Assembly: GCA_051362555.1 (NCBI GenBank)
Contig: CM120649.1
Coordinates: forward strand, 15,576,567-15,640,566
Origin: Lingula anatina
Taxonomy: Eukaryota > Animalia > Brachiopoda
DNA: 64,000 nt
Reading direction: 5' to 3'
Positions 35,308-48,949 of the stretch are shown here, one piece after another. Below the pieces are notes generated by a model. It was not told where the DNA came from. It did not search any database and saw only the letters and a program-made list of their open reading frames with translations. The translations under genes were made by a program, and so were the position numbers. Each line of letters begins with the position of its first letter. Position 1 is the stretch's first letter.

Positions 35308-37635
35308 CTGTTTAAGTGAATATCAAAATTTATCATTTATTGATACTGAAAACAAACATCTTTTCAGTGAGTTATATCTTGAATATTTCTTCGCGTATGT
35401 AGTTCAGATAAAATTATAGATTAAAGTGCTGCTTTAAAATTCGCTCCGTCTGCTGATAGTGATCGAATAATAATCAACAGAATTAAAAAGCACGCTTATT
35501 TTGCAACTTGAAAACTGCTTTACCTTCGCAGAATAAAAGCAAATACTCCTAACTCCAGGTACCTAATGAAGATTCAATTTGACTGCCGACACCGGATTAG
35601 AGCAGGAACCGAGGAAACAGGAGACGGCGGCTGGGAGGTGTGCCTTGACCCGCCATACAATTTGAAACCGGGGAAATGTTTAGTCTACTCCTTTGGGTAA
35701 GATCGGCTATGTTTTCGTCACGCATACAGTATTTGGCATATTCCTTCAGTCAGAATAACGGCTTCCGGTCTGGTTTTATAAAGGGACTATTACCCCAAAG
35801 TTTGATCTCTCTCAGTTCAAGTTAAATACACAGTAGACCACTTAAATGAAAAGTGGTTCATTATTCCCCTGAATAAGAACACTGGTACATGAAGATAAAC
35901 ATGTAGAATTTTCAGACGTTGGTTAGAAGGTATCTTGCCTGCGACTTTTATATTTTTTTCATATTTATTTTGCCAAGTTTTCATTTGATTGCTCACCAAG
36001 GAGGATGACTGATTGCTTCAGTAGGTCAGAGCAATAAATAAAACATATTAATAAAAACAAAGACGTAGATATAACACTCGAAGCAAGAAATTCGCTGGTT
36101 TTATTAATATATATATTCAATTGAAATTTATGTCTGTAGATGTTGATTTGTAATTGAAGCATTTGCCACGCCCTCGTTGCCTTCCTATTTCCCTCCTCTC
36201 ACATGCCCATCTAAATAAGATTGAAAATGTATATCTTTTTATCCAGGATCAGCTACAAATGGTCCTTTGACGATTACATGGACCAAGAAAAGAAGTGCGA
36301 AGTTCATGCATTCGATCCAAGGTAAGCATGTCTTTGATGCTAACAGAAGCCAAAGGATCGGATTCTCGTATCTATCAGTTGACGCTATTCAGTCACTAAC
36401 GTGATGCTATACATCATCCAGTACTGAGTGTAATTAATAGTGCATAATTTTGTTTTCAAAATATGAAATGCTGGATGCTGTCCACACGATAAAAACACAG
36501 GCCATAAAACTTTTTTTGCCTTTTACACAGTAATTTAATAGTCGTTCTCCATGTATCACATTTACTTTCAGCATAGGGCAAGATGACTTCAATCGCTCCG
36601 CAAATATCCATTTCCATAATCTAGGATTAGGCGGAAAGAACTGGACCAATGCTAAGAAATGGAAAATGTACACGCTTGGATCCATTGTGCGACTTCTGGG
36701 ACATAAAGATGTAAGTAAAACATAAGCCAAAGTGCTAGATAAAGTGTTTTAAAACTGCATATATTCCTGCCTACTGGTACAATGTATTGCATCCACTTTG
36801 AGACCGTCTATAATGTTGGATTACCTTTGTTTCCATTCTACATAGTGATAAGGGCATATGTTTCAAGGCTTTGCTATTGCCCCATTGTGTTATTTGTTGA
36901 GCGCTCACTCAGTACTTAACACATTGTGTTGGTGACATGTTCTAGCAGTCTGCAGCGTTAACACAGGGCCCATATCGAATATCAGTCACACCGGAGCAGA
37001 GCAAGTAAAACTTACTAAATACATTCGGTTACTGACAAATGGTTCATAGCCTACAATCACAACAAAGTTGATCCACTTGAAAGCTTGTCGCAAAATACCC
37101 TCCGAGAAATCTATTCAGTGTCCATTACGTGATTATGCGGCAAGCTTTCAAGTGGGTCGGCCGTATTTGATCTTCAGGTATGTTAGTCCGTTGATCAACT
37201 CCGTCGTGAATATGGCCTTAGACTGTGGTTGACCCTGGTGGCTCGACAGCCACCAAGTACCTTTGTCCAAAAGTGAACTCCAGAAGTAAGTCTGCAGCAA
37301 TCTCTAAAAGAAATACGTTTTCTTTCTTTCAGCGAATAATCGACTACCTGAAAATCGACATCGAAAAGAGCGAATGGTCAAGTTTAGAGGCAATGTACCA
37401 GGAGGGCGTACTGGCACAAGTCAAACAGCTTGGAATCGAGTTCCACGACGTGCCGAGCAACAGGAAGAGGGTTTCTATCATTAACAGATTGTACGAGCTC
37501 GGCTTTAGAATATATTACACCAAACAAAACTTCTTTCAGCGGAAAAGGTCTAGACTCACAAGGCGAACCGTGTATGGATGCATGGAGTCGCATTTTGTGA
37601 ATATTAACTTTTATGAGAGGAGTGAAAAGAGCTGA
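33887..37635 (+). CDS. METTL24: METTL24-like (Methyltransf_22/FkbM-related) methyltransferase with an N-terminal signal anchor; exons 33887-33971, 34340-34407, 34730-34887, 35559-35696, 36247-36321, 36572-36710, 37333-37635
   Basis: All six introns are GT-AG and phase-compatible. The spliced product contains GDGGWEVCLD, CLVYSFGI, WSFDD, CEVHAFDPS, IDYLKIDIE..EW and VKQLGIEFH. The N-terminus MIRRRTFKFLAVLSAVSVIWLAAFWI is hydrophobic. The symbol denotes family membership, not proven orthology. Confidence 0.88.
35250..35305. repeat. (AT)n microsatellite (intronic)
   Basis: Read directly from the sequence. Confidence 0.95.
37070..37158. repeat. Small hairpin/MITE-like element; related ends at ~28453-28560
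   Basis: gatccacttgaaagcttgtcgca / tgcggcaagctttcaagtgggtc form inverted arms. gacccacttgaaagca / tgctttcaagtg occur at 28.5 kb. Confidence 0.5.
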
Positions 37636-37992
37636 TATCGTCATTTCTGTGAGTGATTAGATGAAAAAACGTGATTCGACAGGACATCTGCGTTGCTTAG
37701 ACAAGACGACAACGAGGGTCCAATTGTCCATTTTTCACTCAAGAGTCCATCTGTGAATCTCTCATACATTTGCATTTTAGCGCAATGGGTATTTTTCTCT
37801 ACCAGAGGCCGTTAGGTGATGACATCCTTTTTATATAACAATCTGCACAGAATGAGTCAGAAATATAGCTGAACACTTGAGAATTTTTTCTGTGGCCATT
37901 TGTACAGGGTAAATATTGGAGTAATTTAAACAGTATTGGAGTATTGGAGTATTGCGGTCGTATGCACGACAACACTGTTTTCAGTCCATATT

Positions 37993-38166
37993 CAGTCCCG
38001 TAGCCAGGGGGGGGATTGGGGGGGGGGGTTCGAAAGAACCACCCCTTTTGCTGGGAAAAGGTCCACTCTGGGTAAAATTTGACCTAGGTTCATGAAGTTT
38101 GTATGGAAAAAGGTCCTCTTTTTCAGAAAAAGAACCCCCCTTTTGAAATTGCTGGCTACGGGCCTG
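37993..38166. mobile_element. ~170-bp MITE family, copy 1 (copy 2 at ~60183-60347)
   Basis: TIRs cag.cccgtagccag / ctggctacggg.ctg. Internal ttcgaaagaacc, aaaggtcca and aaaagaaccccc are shared with the 60.2-kb copy. Confidence 0.75.
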
Positions 38167-38859
38167 ATATTTATGTGCCCTGGATGCCGCTCTCCGTAGC
38201 TTGTCATCGGCAAGCGTACAGGTGTATACCTGCGTACAGGTGTATACGTGGGAGTATATTTTTACAGATAGCAGTAGCAAGTGCAAGTGCTGAATGCAGC
38301 AGTCTGATACACATAACGTGTAGTAAAATAGTTCTTCTTGGTGATGGCGGTTATCAGGTCTCGCTGAGGTGTGGCTACTGGATTGGCTCGTCTTGGTCAA
38401 GGACAAGATTTTTTATACGCTACCGGACTGTTTTCACACTTCAGGTGTAGCTAGACAAAGTATATCAAGACACAGTGGAAAATTAAACCATCACTTTGTA
38501 CACTGCATATACATCGCATTATGCGTTATTATGGACCCCTCCCTATCTCCCCTCCTTTTCTAACTCCATTTGGATCAGGGCATATTTCAATCGTTAAACC
38601 CTAATAGTATATATATATATTGCAGTATAATGCCAAGGCCAAACGTCTAAAAACAGCACGCGTTAACTGATTGTAACTCCACAGCTTGCCACAACTACTG
38701 CAGTGTTTATGAATATGATACACACAAATGGATGGATTATTTGTTAATCCATACTTCTGATTTTGACTATTTTCTTCTCTGGAATCGTGCCACGATTGTG
38801 TCCGAAAATCAAATCGCAGACTTTGTTACTCTGACTATCAACATACCCTTTACACTCCA

Positions 38860-39670
38860 CATTATCACGTGTACTGATGCTTATTTATAAGTGTTTATCT
38901 TAACTGATACGTTTATATTTATGGGAATCACGCTGGAAGGTATTGAAATAAAAGTGCACTTGCGGGTGATAACGTGAGACCTTCACCGATTAAGCACGAG
39001 ATGACGCAGTATATCAGCCAATAAACTGTGAGGAAAGGCACGCGCACTTGAGTCTGGTAAATAATTAAAATAAACATTCTTTCAAGATCCAGAATTATGA
39101 TGAAAGTTAAGTTCAATTTAGTTATTTGTCACCAGAAGTTTTTATGTTGTTGTTGAAATTATACCTTTGATATAAATATATTTGTGCATATCATTAGCAA
39201 ATTTCATTGCATTTCTCACAAAATCAACTTAGTTTCTAAGTCGGTTATAATTCTAAATAAAAACCCCGATTAGGGTTCCAAAAAGGATTACCAATTGGTT
39301 TTCGTGCACCATCGACGATGCTTGAATGTAGAAGAAGTGTTAGATACACTGTTTTGACCTGAAAATTGAATGCTCGGACACGACCCAAACGTCCACATAT
39401 TATAGATATGAGACGGAAAGAAAGGGACTTTCACACCATCAAGTTACCTGTCCCACTTTTGGCATCTCTCATTTTACATTCCCCTGCCTTATTTTAATCC
39501 AGAAGACACGAAATTGGTTTGATTGAGAGTGCTGTTTAAATTCAGCTGTTGTGTCGTACCATGAAAACCATCGTTCTTGATCTGTAAATTTGTTCAAGAA
39601 CTGTGTCACACAGGTGTTTATATCACAGGAAGAAACCTGATATCAGTATGTAATAAAATAATTAATATTT
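38860..39670 (-). repeat. Inverted copy of the ~17900-18712 dispersed repeat
   Basis: See the 17900-18712 feature. Confidence 0.8.
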
Positions 39671-41768
39671 AACGTTAATGCAACACAGTTAAAAGATTAT
39701 GCATAACGAGAACATAAACTTGAGTGTACAGAGAGAAGCATTTATGCAGTAGATTAGCAGCATAATAGAAGCATGTTTCATTAATTAGCTTCCACATCTT
39801 CTCCGGTGAAGTACACAAAAAGCATTATTCTATAAGCAGCACTGCACTGGCGTGCATCGAATACTTCAAAGATGCTCCACAGGGGTAGATTTGGAGCATA
39901 CAAGAAAAGAGCAATGCTCCGCGGAGGTAGATTTGGAGTATATCAGAAAAATGTTCCACTGCAACAGTACTCCACGGAGATAGTTTCGAGGTATGTTATA
40001 AAAAAGGGAATGCTTGTGCATTTCTCATCAATGGAAGTTTTGAGGTATATAAAAAGGAATATGCAATAGGAAGGTTTCCTACAGTATATAGTAAATTCAA
40101 CACACACTAAATTAAACTAATAATCAGCAGATAGCGTCACTTTATTCATACGGTCTATACATCAAGAAATAGACGGATAGAAATTTGTTTTATTGGTTAT
40201 TAATTACAAAATGTCCATACACAATTTCAGTGTTTTCTCAAAAATTCATTTTCTCGTGACAAATATTGAATCCGCTTGCCCTCATGTGTGATCTGGTTTG
40301 GGGTCCTAAAAACAAATAAAACAAAATAAATATCCGAGTTCCAGTGCACTTGATTGATTTGCTGGAACGTCTCTGACTTTATAATAGCAACCAAGATATT
40401 TGAAAGCGCCTTTTACAACAATGACTTGCATGAAGTGTTAAAAATACTTTTTTGGGGGTGAAGGCTAGGTAACGTAGCTAAAAACACACCTGTCGTTCTC
40501 CCCTCAAGAATATAGTATCCATACGTCCCAGTGTGAGGTTTCAGCTGGACTCCTAAAAATCCAATCAAACAATAAATATCACAGTTCCAGTACACTTGAT
40601 GGAAAGTCTTAAACTCTTATAGTACCCAAAATATTTAAAAGCGTCCTAATTAACACTGACATTCTAAGTGGATTCATGAAAATACTACAACTTATTTACA
40701 AATATGAGTTGTGGATAAATTTCTGCAGCCCGTATTGTCTAAACGTTTTTAACATTTAAATTGGGTGCTTTTTAAATTCGACGTATTTAATCGAAACACA
40801 CACACACACAAAAAAAATTAACACATTTGATAAAACAGACATTTCGTTACTTTGTTTCCTTTTTCATAAATTGTAAACTTCACCATTGTATTTGTAATGT
40901 TTATCAACATACTTTCATAACTTGCATGAGTCTCTGCTCGAGACTGTTTAATTATGAAAATATGAATTTAAAGTTTGCCTGGGAATAGGTTCAAGTGAAA
41001 AATGACTGGTGAGCCAAAAATAAATAAAATGAAATACAAATTCATGCCAGGGATTTTAAACTTGTATTTAAGCTGAAGTTAGGTGTTCATACTTATTTAA
41101 AATCCCTTCTCCCTTCAGTAATTGCCTGCAAGACCCCAACCTTTCCACCGATCACTGAAAAAAGATTACAATTACAAATATTTTAATTATCTATAACGTT
41201 CATTTAAAACCAACTAGCTATAAGAATAGAAGTTTAAGTGGACATAATACTGCCATCATAAAATGTTACAGTATTTCAGCTGATTAAACCTTTATTACGT
41301 GGCTGACAAGGGCTTGAGATGCAGTCGCAATGTTGTTCTCGGTGGTTTGGGCTACAAATCACGAGAAATACCCATTTAAACCGTTGGGCTGTCATCGATT
41401 TTATCCACAATTATAAATGATAATTAAAGATTTTTTATTGTTATGTGCATCCGAGGATGAAATTGTTTCAAGATAGATGAAGTACTTACCACTTAAACCC
41501 CTTTTGTGTCATTCTTGCAGGGAAGGGCCTTCAGAGGATCTTCTAATTGCACGCAGGCAGAGTAAAAATGCAATATTGTACTATTGGGGAGAAGCATTAT
41601 GCTTCATTTCTACTGTGATTTTGTGAAGCATGGTTGCAGTAGAATGCTACTTCTGGGGAGTATATACAGGTACTTCATCCATACCTCAAATCGAAGCAGA
41701 TTTGAGGCATACTTGCAGTATGATTGCAGAAGTCTACTGGAGTATCTACTGCGTTTTCGTGAGGGAAG

Positions 41769-43652
41769 CTAGCATAGATAGGTTTTTACTGTATCCCTGA
41801 TCTTGAATCCACAAACCGGGCATTTTCTGAGAGAGGGAGAGCATGAATTGCAACACGCAAGATGAGCACACGGCAAGAGAACAACCTCAGCCTCTCTCAC
41901 CTTACATATTTTACATATTCTCTGTTCTTTTAAAAGTTTATTTTCTTCTCTTAGTTTGTCTGATAAGATAGCGGGGTCAATGGGTTCAGGGGGATTATTT
42001 GTATTGGCGGAGGGTGCTATGTCATTTGGAGGTGATTGGTCTGATTGACCCCTGGCTACCGTGACATTTACAGGATCATTTGTCAAACTTGTATCCCCTA
42101 GTTCTTGTTCCTCTTCAATTCTAAGAAGAGCTTCTATCAAGGACTGTAGATTAGGGAAATCGTCACCAACAGTTGTAAGCCTATTTTCTATAGCCTTTCT
42201 TACTAAATCTCGGGAATAACCCATTGCTATTACTTTCTGGGCAGATGGTGCATCTAATCGAGCTTTTATTTCTCTTGCCTCTATTTGATGGGTACGTGGG
42301 GCCCGACCTGCTTGGCCGGAAAATTGGCCGTTGGCGGAATTGCGTTGCAGTATTTCTCTGATGAAAGACACTCCTTTACACTGTTTCACATACCCACAAT
42401 TTGGGAACCAACGCGCATGCTCAGTCCATATGTCATCCTGTGGTTCCCAGTTTCTCAGTCCCCCGCCACAGAAAAAGCATTTCACATTGTCCCCAAAGCC
42501 GGCGTAATAAAACCCCGCTATGGAAAGTTCTTTTGGTGTTTGCCGCTTACTGATAGGCCAGTTTTCAAAAGTCAAAATCCTGTTCTGTTCAATTGCAAAC
42601 TGGGGATGTTTTGGTCGTTCAGTCACTATTGGGTTATCGTCAAATAATAAATTGTTCTGCTGTGTCGAACTCTGCTCTCGGTTTTGTCTTTGTTGTACAA
42701 AAGGACACGAAGGAAAATGCTTCAAATGTTCTCCAAATGCATCATCGCCCCTGTCCCATGATCTGATCATACCGCCGCAGTAAGCACATTTCACAATATC
42801 TAAAGTCCCTAAATAAAAGAACCCCGCCTTTGAGAGTTCACTGGGTCTGACAGGACAACTGTCTGGGAAATTAGCATAGGTCTGCATGCGAGTTAACTCA
42901 TTCTCCCTCATAATCAACATAAAGTCCTCACTGTCATGGACATCTGTAAGGGTCGGAGAAGTAGTGTAAGGGTAATGGGGATTGTTTTGGCGCGTTTCAG
43001 TTGGCGGTGACCTCCTGACGGCAAGATTGTCAGTAGTGTCAACGCCGACTTGAGCGTTTGGATTAACAGCAGATCGCGGATTTCTGGTGGCCTCGTTCCG
43101 TGATTCTGTCCTTTCGTCAGCACGGTTTCTTAATTCACTGGTAGTGCCATGGGTGACTTCACCTCTCATTGAATTTCCATTCAGGACTCTCAAAGAGCCC
43201 TCAGCATGTTGGGAACCTTGTGGCACCCGAGTCCCAGGAGGACGAAGACCAAGAGGAGCGTAGATTGTTCTTTGAAGTCCTGCATTTTCTTCGGGAGAAG
43301 AGACTTCAACATATATCGGAATATTCTCTTTATTAACACCATTTATGTAGCGACAGTTTGGTGATACTTGACGATGTTTGTTTTCGGGGTTGTCGCCCAA
43401 TTTCCAACCTCGAACGCTGCGATGACAGGCGAAACATTCCACCTCATCGTCCCTGCCGGTGTAGAAAAAGCCGTACTTGGCAAGCCTTGCAGCAGAAGCA
43501 GGTGCCCAATCAGGCCAATTGGCAAAGGTTAAGAGTCGTTGGTGCTCATACCTGTGACGCTGTGTCGGACTCAGCGGACGGTGACCGTTCCCTTGTACAT
43601 CGTCTTCATAAGCTTTCAAACCTAATGGTGACCTTCCTTTGCTCAGTGCCAT
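41769..43652 (-). CDS. Inhibitor of apoptosis protein (3x BIR, UBA, C-terminal RING; XIAP/cIAP/DIAP2-like), single-exon CDS, 627 aa
   Basis: Three BIRs with RxxT[F/Y]...G[F]xY.G...C..C...W...D....H.....C. UBA-like VIAMGYSRDLVRKAI...LIEALL. RING CKIC...LPCAHLACCNSC...CPVC. A splice acceptor tatttcag|A immediately precedes the ATG. Confidence 0.95.
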   Translation of the reverse strand: MALSKGRSPLGLKAYEDDVQGNGHRPLSPTQRHRYEHQRLLTFANWPDWAPASAARLAKYGFFYTGRDDEVECFACHRSVRGWKLGDNPENKHRQVSPNCRYINGVNKENIPIYVEVSSPEENAGLQRTIYAPLGLRPPGTRVPQGSQHAEGSLRVLNGNSMRGEVTHGTTSELRNRADERTESRNEATRNPRSAVNPNAQVGVDTTDNLAVRRSPPTETRQNNPHYPYTTSPTLTDVHDSEDFMLIMRENELTRMQTYANFPDSCPVRPSELSKAGFFYLGTLDIVKCAYCGGMIRSWDRGDDAFGEHLKHFPSCPFVQQRQNREQSSTQQNNLLFDDNPIVTERPKHPQFAIEQNRILTFENWPISKRQTPKELSIAGFYYAGFGDNVKCFFCGGGLRNWEPQDDIWTEHARWFPNCGYVKQCKGVSFIREILQRNSANGQFSGQAGRAPRTHQIEAREIKARLDAPSAQKVIAMGYSRDLVRKAIENRLTTVGDDFPNLQSLIEALLRIEEEQELGDTSLTNDPVNVTVARGQSDQSPPNDIAPSANTNNPPEPIDPAILSDKLREENKLLKEQRICKICKVREAEVVLLPCAHLACCNSCSPSLRKCPVCGFKIRDTVKTYLC

Positions 43653-44069
43653 TCTGAAATAAGAGCGAGAACTTAGTGAACATTATTGATTTCACCGACG
43701 CAGTTTTCTATTTAAACAGCTTTGTTTGCTAGAGATGATCTGGTCTAACATATGTATTCTACGTATTATCTTAAGGCTTAGCATATACTTGCGGTGAACG
43801 GAGTTTGTATGGTGGCGTATGGTAGGACGGTTTTTATGGTGTTTGGAGGTGGGTTTTGCATGCGTTTTCCTATGAATTGGCTTTATAAGTATAAGTGATC
43901 TGTAGTTGTCTTATGTGGGGAATCAAATTAGAAAAGGGTTAATTTATGATAATGAAAATGTCTACGGTAAAATGGGCACATGTACATGAACATACTGGTA
44001 CCTGTCAACATTGACAATTGCCAGAGAGGGAGATTCACTCCCTAGCCCTACGCCCTCCCCCACCCTGAC

Positions 44070-44100
<31 letters not shown>

Positions 44101-45255
44101 AAAGGAAACTTTAAAACATAAAACCCCTCTGTGCGTCCGTAGGGCTTTTCATCGTGCCTTAAATAAGTCTTCTTGGAGATGCCTTATTTAGCAGCTCATA
44201 CATTTGTTTGAATATGATAGATTATCTCAAGCTCTATTTGTGTATAAGGATAACCCAAATACACTGTGTACATACAATGTGTATAATACAGGTATGAATT
44301 ATTAGCAACATATAAACTTATTCCGATCTTTAACGCCAGTAGAAGTTAAAATATGCAAAAGTTAAATAATAATGTGTGTGTTTTGTAAAACTGACCAAAT
44401 AAAAAAAAAAGGAATATTCCATTTTGTATTCAGATAACCTTGTCCCTTTTAACATGAGCTATATATATGGGGCAGAACAGTTTTCTCTATAGCACCAGTT
44501 TGACTGATCTGAACATATACGTGTAATAACGCAATGTTCCCTTCAAATGTTTGGACCAAACAAAAGTAATCTGGTCTTGTCGAACGCGGGTGCTCCGTTT
44601 ATATAAGGTGATTTATTTACTTACTGCCAGTAGTCAATCTGCCTTATTGTTTCGATATTACGTGTAATGCCCCTAAGGCCCCTATTTCACACAGACCACG
44701 AATCCCACGAATTGCCCGGAATTTCAGGATTCGTGAGGATTCGTGAGATTTTGCCAATTTTCTGGTCTAAATCGACACTCTCTACGATTCAGTTACGATA
44801 CAGGTGCGATAGTGTTACGAATATTCGTAGCCTAGATCCCAACTACGTTTTGAACGCACGGTTTTTTAGGTTCCTTGCGTCTGGCTAGGACGTAGCTAAT
44901 TCGCAGGGAAGGAATCAAGTAACTGGTGATTGCAAGGAGGGAGCAAGGAGAAAGTGCGTGGAAAGTACGTGAGAAGCACAGCCTCCGCACGGCAGAAATA
45001 CCTGCTGCGCCCGACGGGCTTTCGCAAGTGTTCCACGCGCTCCGTGCATGCAAAGTACAAGCATCGTGCACCACGTACGTTATCCGTACTAAGAGTGCGG
45101 GTAACGCAAGGACAACGCAAGCGGACGTAAGGCAGTCTTGCCGACTTTCTACGCTTGTTGCTCGTCCTCCTTCGTGCGTGTTGAGATGTTTTTTGAGAGG
45201 GTATAAAAGCAGTGCATGTTTGAAGAGATCATTATGTCAGCAGCGATGTTCAAAG

Positions 45256-46654
45256 ATGGCGGGCCCAATCCCGCCGCAGAGACTGCTAGCGTTGAATCTC
45301 CAGGCCCAGCTTCGGGCTCATGAACACGAGTATGACCTACTTTTGATGGCCTTAATCTGAGAGCGAGAGAAACAGAGACATCTAGGCGATTCTGGGTAAG
45401 ACCTTAGATAGAGAGGGGAAGACTCTTTGGACGGTACTTTACGCTTTTTATAGAGCTTGAGAGGGAATCACTGGGTGACTTTATGAAATACGTAAGTCGA
45501 CCAAAACCTGTTCGCTGAACTCCTCCTACGGGTCACTTCGAGGAACACCAAGAGCGGAAGGTATGAATGGAAACATCACCCACTTTCACTACATAAATAC
45601 ATACTGACATTAAATACATATATTAAGATATTAAATACCAATGTTATATAACAACATTTTCATCACTTTCCTCATTTAATGTTTTGGAACCAGGATTGAA
45701 ACTTGCCATATTACCTTGCCGCAATGCGGTTCCTGGCAACAGGGGCAAGCTACCGCTGTCAGGCGTTCAATTTCAGGGTGGTTCATAACACCATATTCAA
45801 GTTCATACCAGAAGTTTGCACAGCAATATATGAGGAGTACAAGGCCGACTTCTTTACAGTACCCTCAACTGCAGACGGCTGGAAGTTGTAGCACGAAAAT
45901 TCAGTTCCCGCTGGAACTTTCATCACACGTGCGGAGCAATTGTTGGGAAGCATGTGGCAAACAAGAAACGAAAGAACAGTGGCTCTCTGTACTTCACCGG
46001 TTTTTTTTTTCAATTGTCCTGCTGGCCATAGTTGATGCTGAGTACAACTTCGTTGGGTGTATGGTTGGTGCCAATGGCTCCTTATTTGATTCCGGTGTGT
46101 TTAACATTTCTACAATTAGATGTTCTCTGGAAACGAACAGGATAGTATTCCCTGACCTGGAGCCTCTTTCAGGAGATGAGAGGGGCTTACCATACTTTCT
46201 GGTTGGAGACGACGCATTTCCTCTGCGCACATGGATGATGAAGCCCTACAGCAGACGAGGGATGTCTCACAAGGAACGTGTCTTCGATTACAGGCTTACA
46301 CGGGCTCGAAGGGTTGTCAACAATGGATTCGGAATTCTTTCCCATTGTTGGAGATGCCTCCTAACCACTCTGCAGCTGTCTCCGCGTCGGTCCATCACTG
46401 TGGTACAAGCGTGTCTGGCACTACACAACCCTCTGCGCAGACGTAGGCCTCAACTTGCATTGGCTGATGTGGACCAAGAGGATGATGAATGCAGTGTTGT
46501 CCCCGGAGCCTGGAGAGATGCAGTGCAGATGGCAGATCCCAACCTTGTTGGAGGCAAACGCATAACCAGGGAGGGCAAGATCATAAGGAACTATTTGGGA
46601 GACTATTACAGCAGTGACATTAGGCGTCTTCCATGGCAGGACAACATTGAGTAG
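45256..46654 (+). pseudogene. Harbinger (HARBI1-like) DDE transposase, inactivated
   Basis: Motifs RFWVRP, RFLATGASY, FFSIVLLAIVDAEYNF, LVGDDAFPL..WMMKPY and YRLTRARRVV. Stops (e.g. 45358) and frameshifts are present. The first catalytic D reads GAIVGKH and the catalytic E reads VVNNGFG. Confidence 0.9.
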
Positions 46655-47632
46655 ACATTGGATAGTCTGTTACAAACTTTCTTTCCATCAAAGTTGAATG
46701 AAACTTATATTGTGCACTGCAGTGTAATGATTGTGTTGAAATTATTTTCTAATAAATGTGCTCGTGGTATGTTTTGATGTTTTATGTAACAATAAAAGTT
46801 ACTAAGAAATTGTTCCTCCTTTTTTCCATCTTAATCAGAAAAGCAATGGAGAGAAAGAGTTGCTTTAAAGTGAGATTGCAACCATGAAAATAATACTTTA
46901 AAGGGGAAATATCCCAGTAAACACCAAATGTTATAAAAACACCATTAAAGCATTTCCATAATATTGTAAAATTAGCATGATTTTAAATTCCTTTTAAAAA
47001 AAATCATCAACAACCATAATGTTTTTTAATGTTTTGACATCATGCATGAGGTTTAAATACTTTTTACATATATCATGATCGTTGGCCATTTATTTATAAA
47101 TAAATTTAAAACATTAATACCAGTACACCGTAATATTATTGTGTTTTCTACGATCCTAGATCTCTTGGGGAGTTCACTTTAAAATAAATACAAATTTAAG
47201 AAGATTTATAAAGGAAAACAGTGTAATTTTTGGTTTATATTTCTCTCATCATTTAGACAAAATAAACTTCCCAAAGTGAAATAATTCATTAAGTTCATGC
47301 AATACTAAATTTTATTTTTCATAACCAAACATAAAAAGCATGAAACAGATATTTCAAATACAAATTTAAAATTGGTCCTCATTAGATGGCTCGATGGTCC
47401 TCCCCGCGGTTTCAGCAGAGGCAGAGATGGACGTTGTTGGTATCATGGTTATATGCGTTGTGGTTTCCTGAGTGCTCACATCAACAAAGGCCTCTGACAG
47501 TCCAATCCCTGAGAAGCTCGTGTCCAGGTTGCCTAGTGACAGTCTGGGCTGGGAGGGATTCTGTCAAACAGAAAAAGACGTAAATAATAAATTATCTTAA
47601 AAATCAGTTAAAATGTATGTTTTTTTGCAGCT

Positions 47633-48345
47633 CTTAGGTAAATAGAGGAAGTACTCTGATAACATTAAAAGCATGGGTTGTTAGTGGTCATACCTTAGGT
47701 AAATAGAGGAAGTACTCTGATAACATTAAAAGCATGGGTTGTTAGTGGTCATACCTTAGGTAAATAGAGGAAGTACTCTGATAACATTAAAAGCATGGGT
47801 TGTTAGTGGTCATACCTTAGGTAAATAGAGGAAGTACTCTGATAACATTAAAAGCATGGGTTGTTAGTGGTCATACCTTAGGTAAATAGAGGAAGTACTC
47901 TGATAACATTAAAAGCATGAATTGTTAGAGTGCATTCCCAGAAATTTAGATCCATCCAGAGATTTAGATTTAGATCGACCTAACTCCCTGGAGTTCACGC
48001 TAAATTGCAGTCAGTCTTAGACCCCATTCCCACAGATTTTAGATCGATCTATCCCCCTGGGGAATCTCACTAGATTGGTGTCAGCTTAACTGGCTTAATG
48101 TCTGTCCCGCCTACTAAAAGCTGTAAGGGGTTAATTACAGGTAACTATGGTGCCCGCTCGACTGACTGCAATTTAGCGTGAACCCCCAGGGAGTTAGGTC
48201 GATCTAGATGGATCAATCTATGGGAATGCAGTCTTAGTGGTCTTATCTTAGGTAAATAGAGGAAGTACTCTGATAAAATTAAAAGCATGGATTGTTAGGG
48301 GTCATATCTACGGTAAATAGAGGAAAGATAACATTAAAAGCATAG
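47633..48345. repeat. 61-bp minisatellite (~6.5 copies) interrupted by a MITE
   Basis: cttaggtaaatagaggaagtactctgataacattaaaagcatgggttgttagtggtcatac occurs at 47633, 47694, 47755, 47816 and 47877, and resumes after 48233. Confidence 0.95.
47928..48233. mobile_element. Harbinger/Tourist-type MITE with TTA TSD
   Basis: Long imperfect TIRs (ga.tgcattccca...tagatcgacctaactccctgg..ttcacgctaaattgcagtcagtc). TTA is duplicated at 47925-27 and 48234-36, while uninterrupted minisatellite units have a single TTA. Confidence 0.9.
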
Positions 48346-48949
48346 ATCCAAAATGATGTAACTAAAACTGACTGTGTTAGATATGACAGAAAATGTGTGC
48401 TATGTGCAAAAAATGTGACAAAAATAGGCAATCATATTCATGAGACTAGAGATACAAAAATTCAACTACCTTCTTTCTCAATTCCTCGACAGGCCTGGGC
48501 CTTGAAATATAGTCGACCAGCAGGTCATCCAGCCTGGATTTTTTGGCTTTCTTGGAGGGGGTGGGTGGAGAAGAATGGTGGCTACAGCTAGCCGTGGCGG
48601 TCTGACTGGCAGGTGGGTGTTAGTGGTGGAAAGATCCTTTTTCTCATCATTACTATCCTTTCCTATCTGGAATAAAAAATTATTTTCATCATATCAAAAT
48701 TGCCACATTATCCTCTATCTTTCTAAGCACCCCTATTTACCCTCTTTACAATTACGTGTTAAATTATTTTTATTTCAAATCTAATATTATCATGACACAT
48801 ATTAGGTTAAAAAATCGTATTCCTCAACCTACATCACATGTGCTTTATAATGTTTTGAAACAATGGTTCATAACACATGTATTAAATAAAGGAATTCGTG
48901 ATCTTCCATAGAATGGATTATAAAAATAGTAATGATAATTTGGACTTAC

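Noticed and set aside
44069-44100. (CA)n(CG)n alternating purine-pyrimidine tract as a Z-DNA regulator of the IAP
   Set aside because: It is a common microsatellite type, and nothing in the sequence supports a function.
47633-47927. Regular short repeats as a CRISPR array
   Set aside because: The units are head-to-tail identical 61-mers with no unique spacers.
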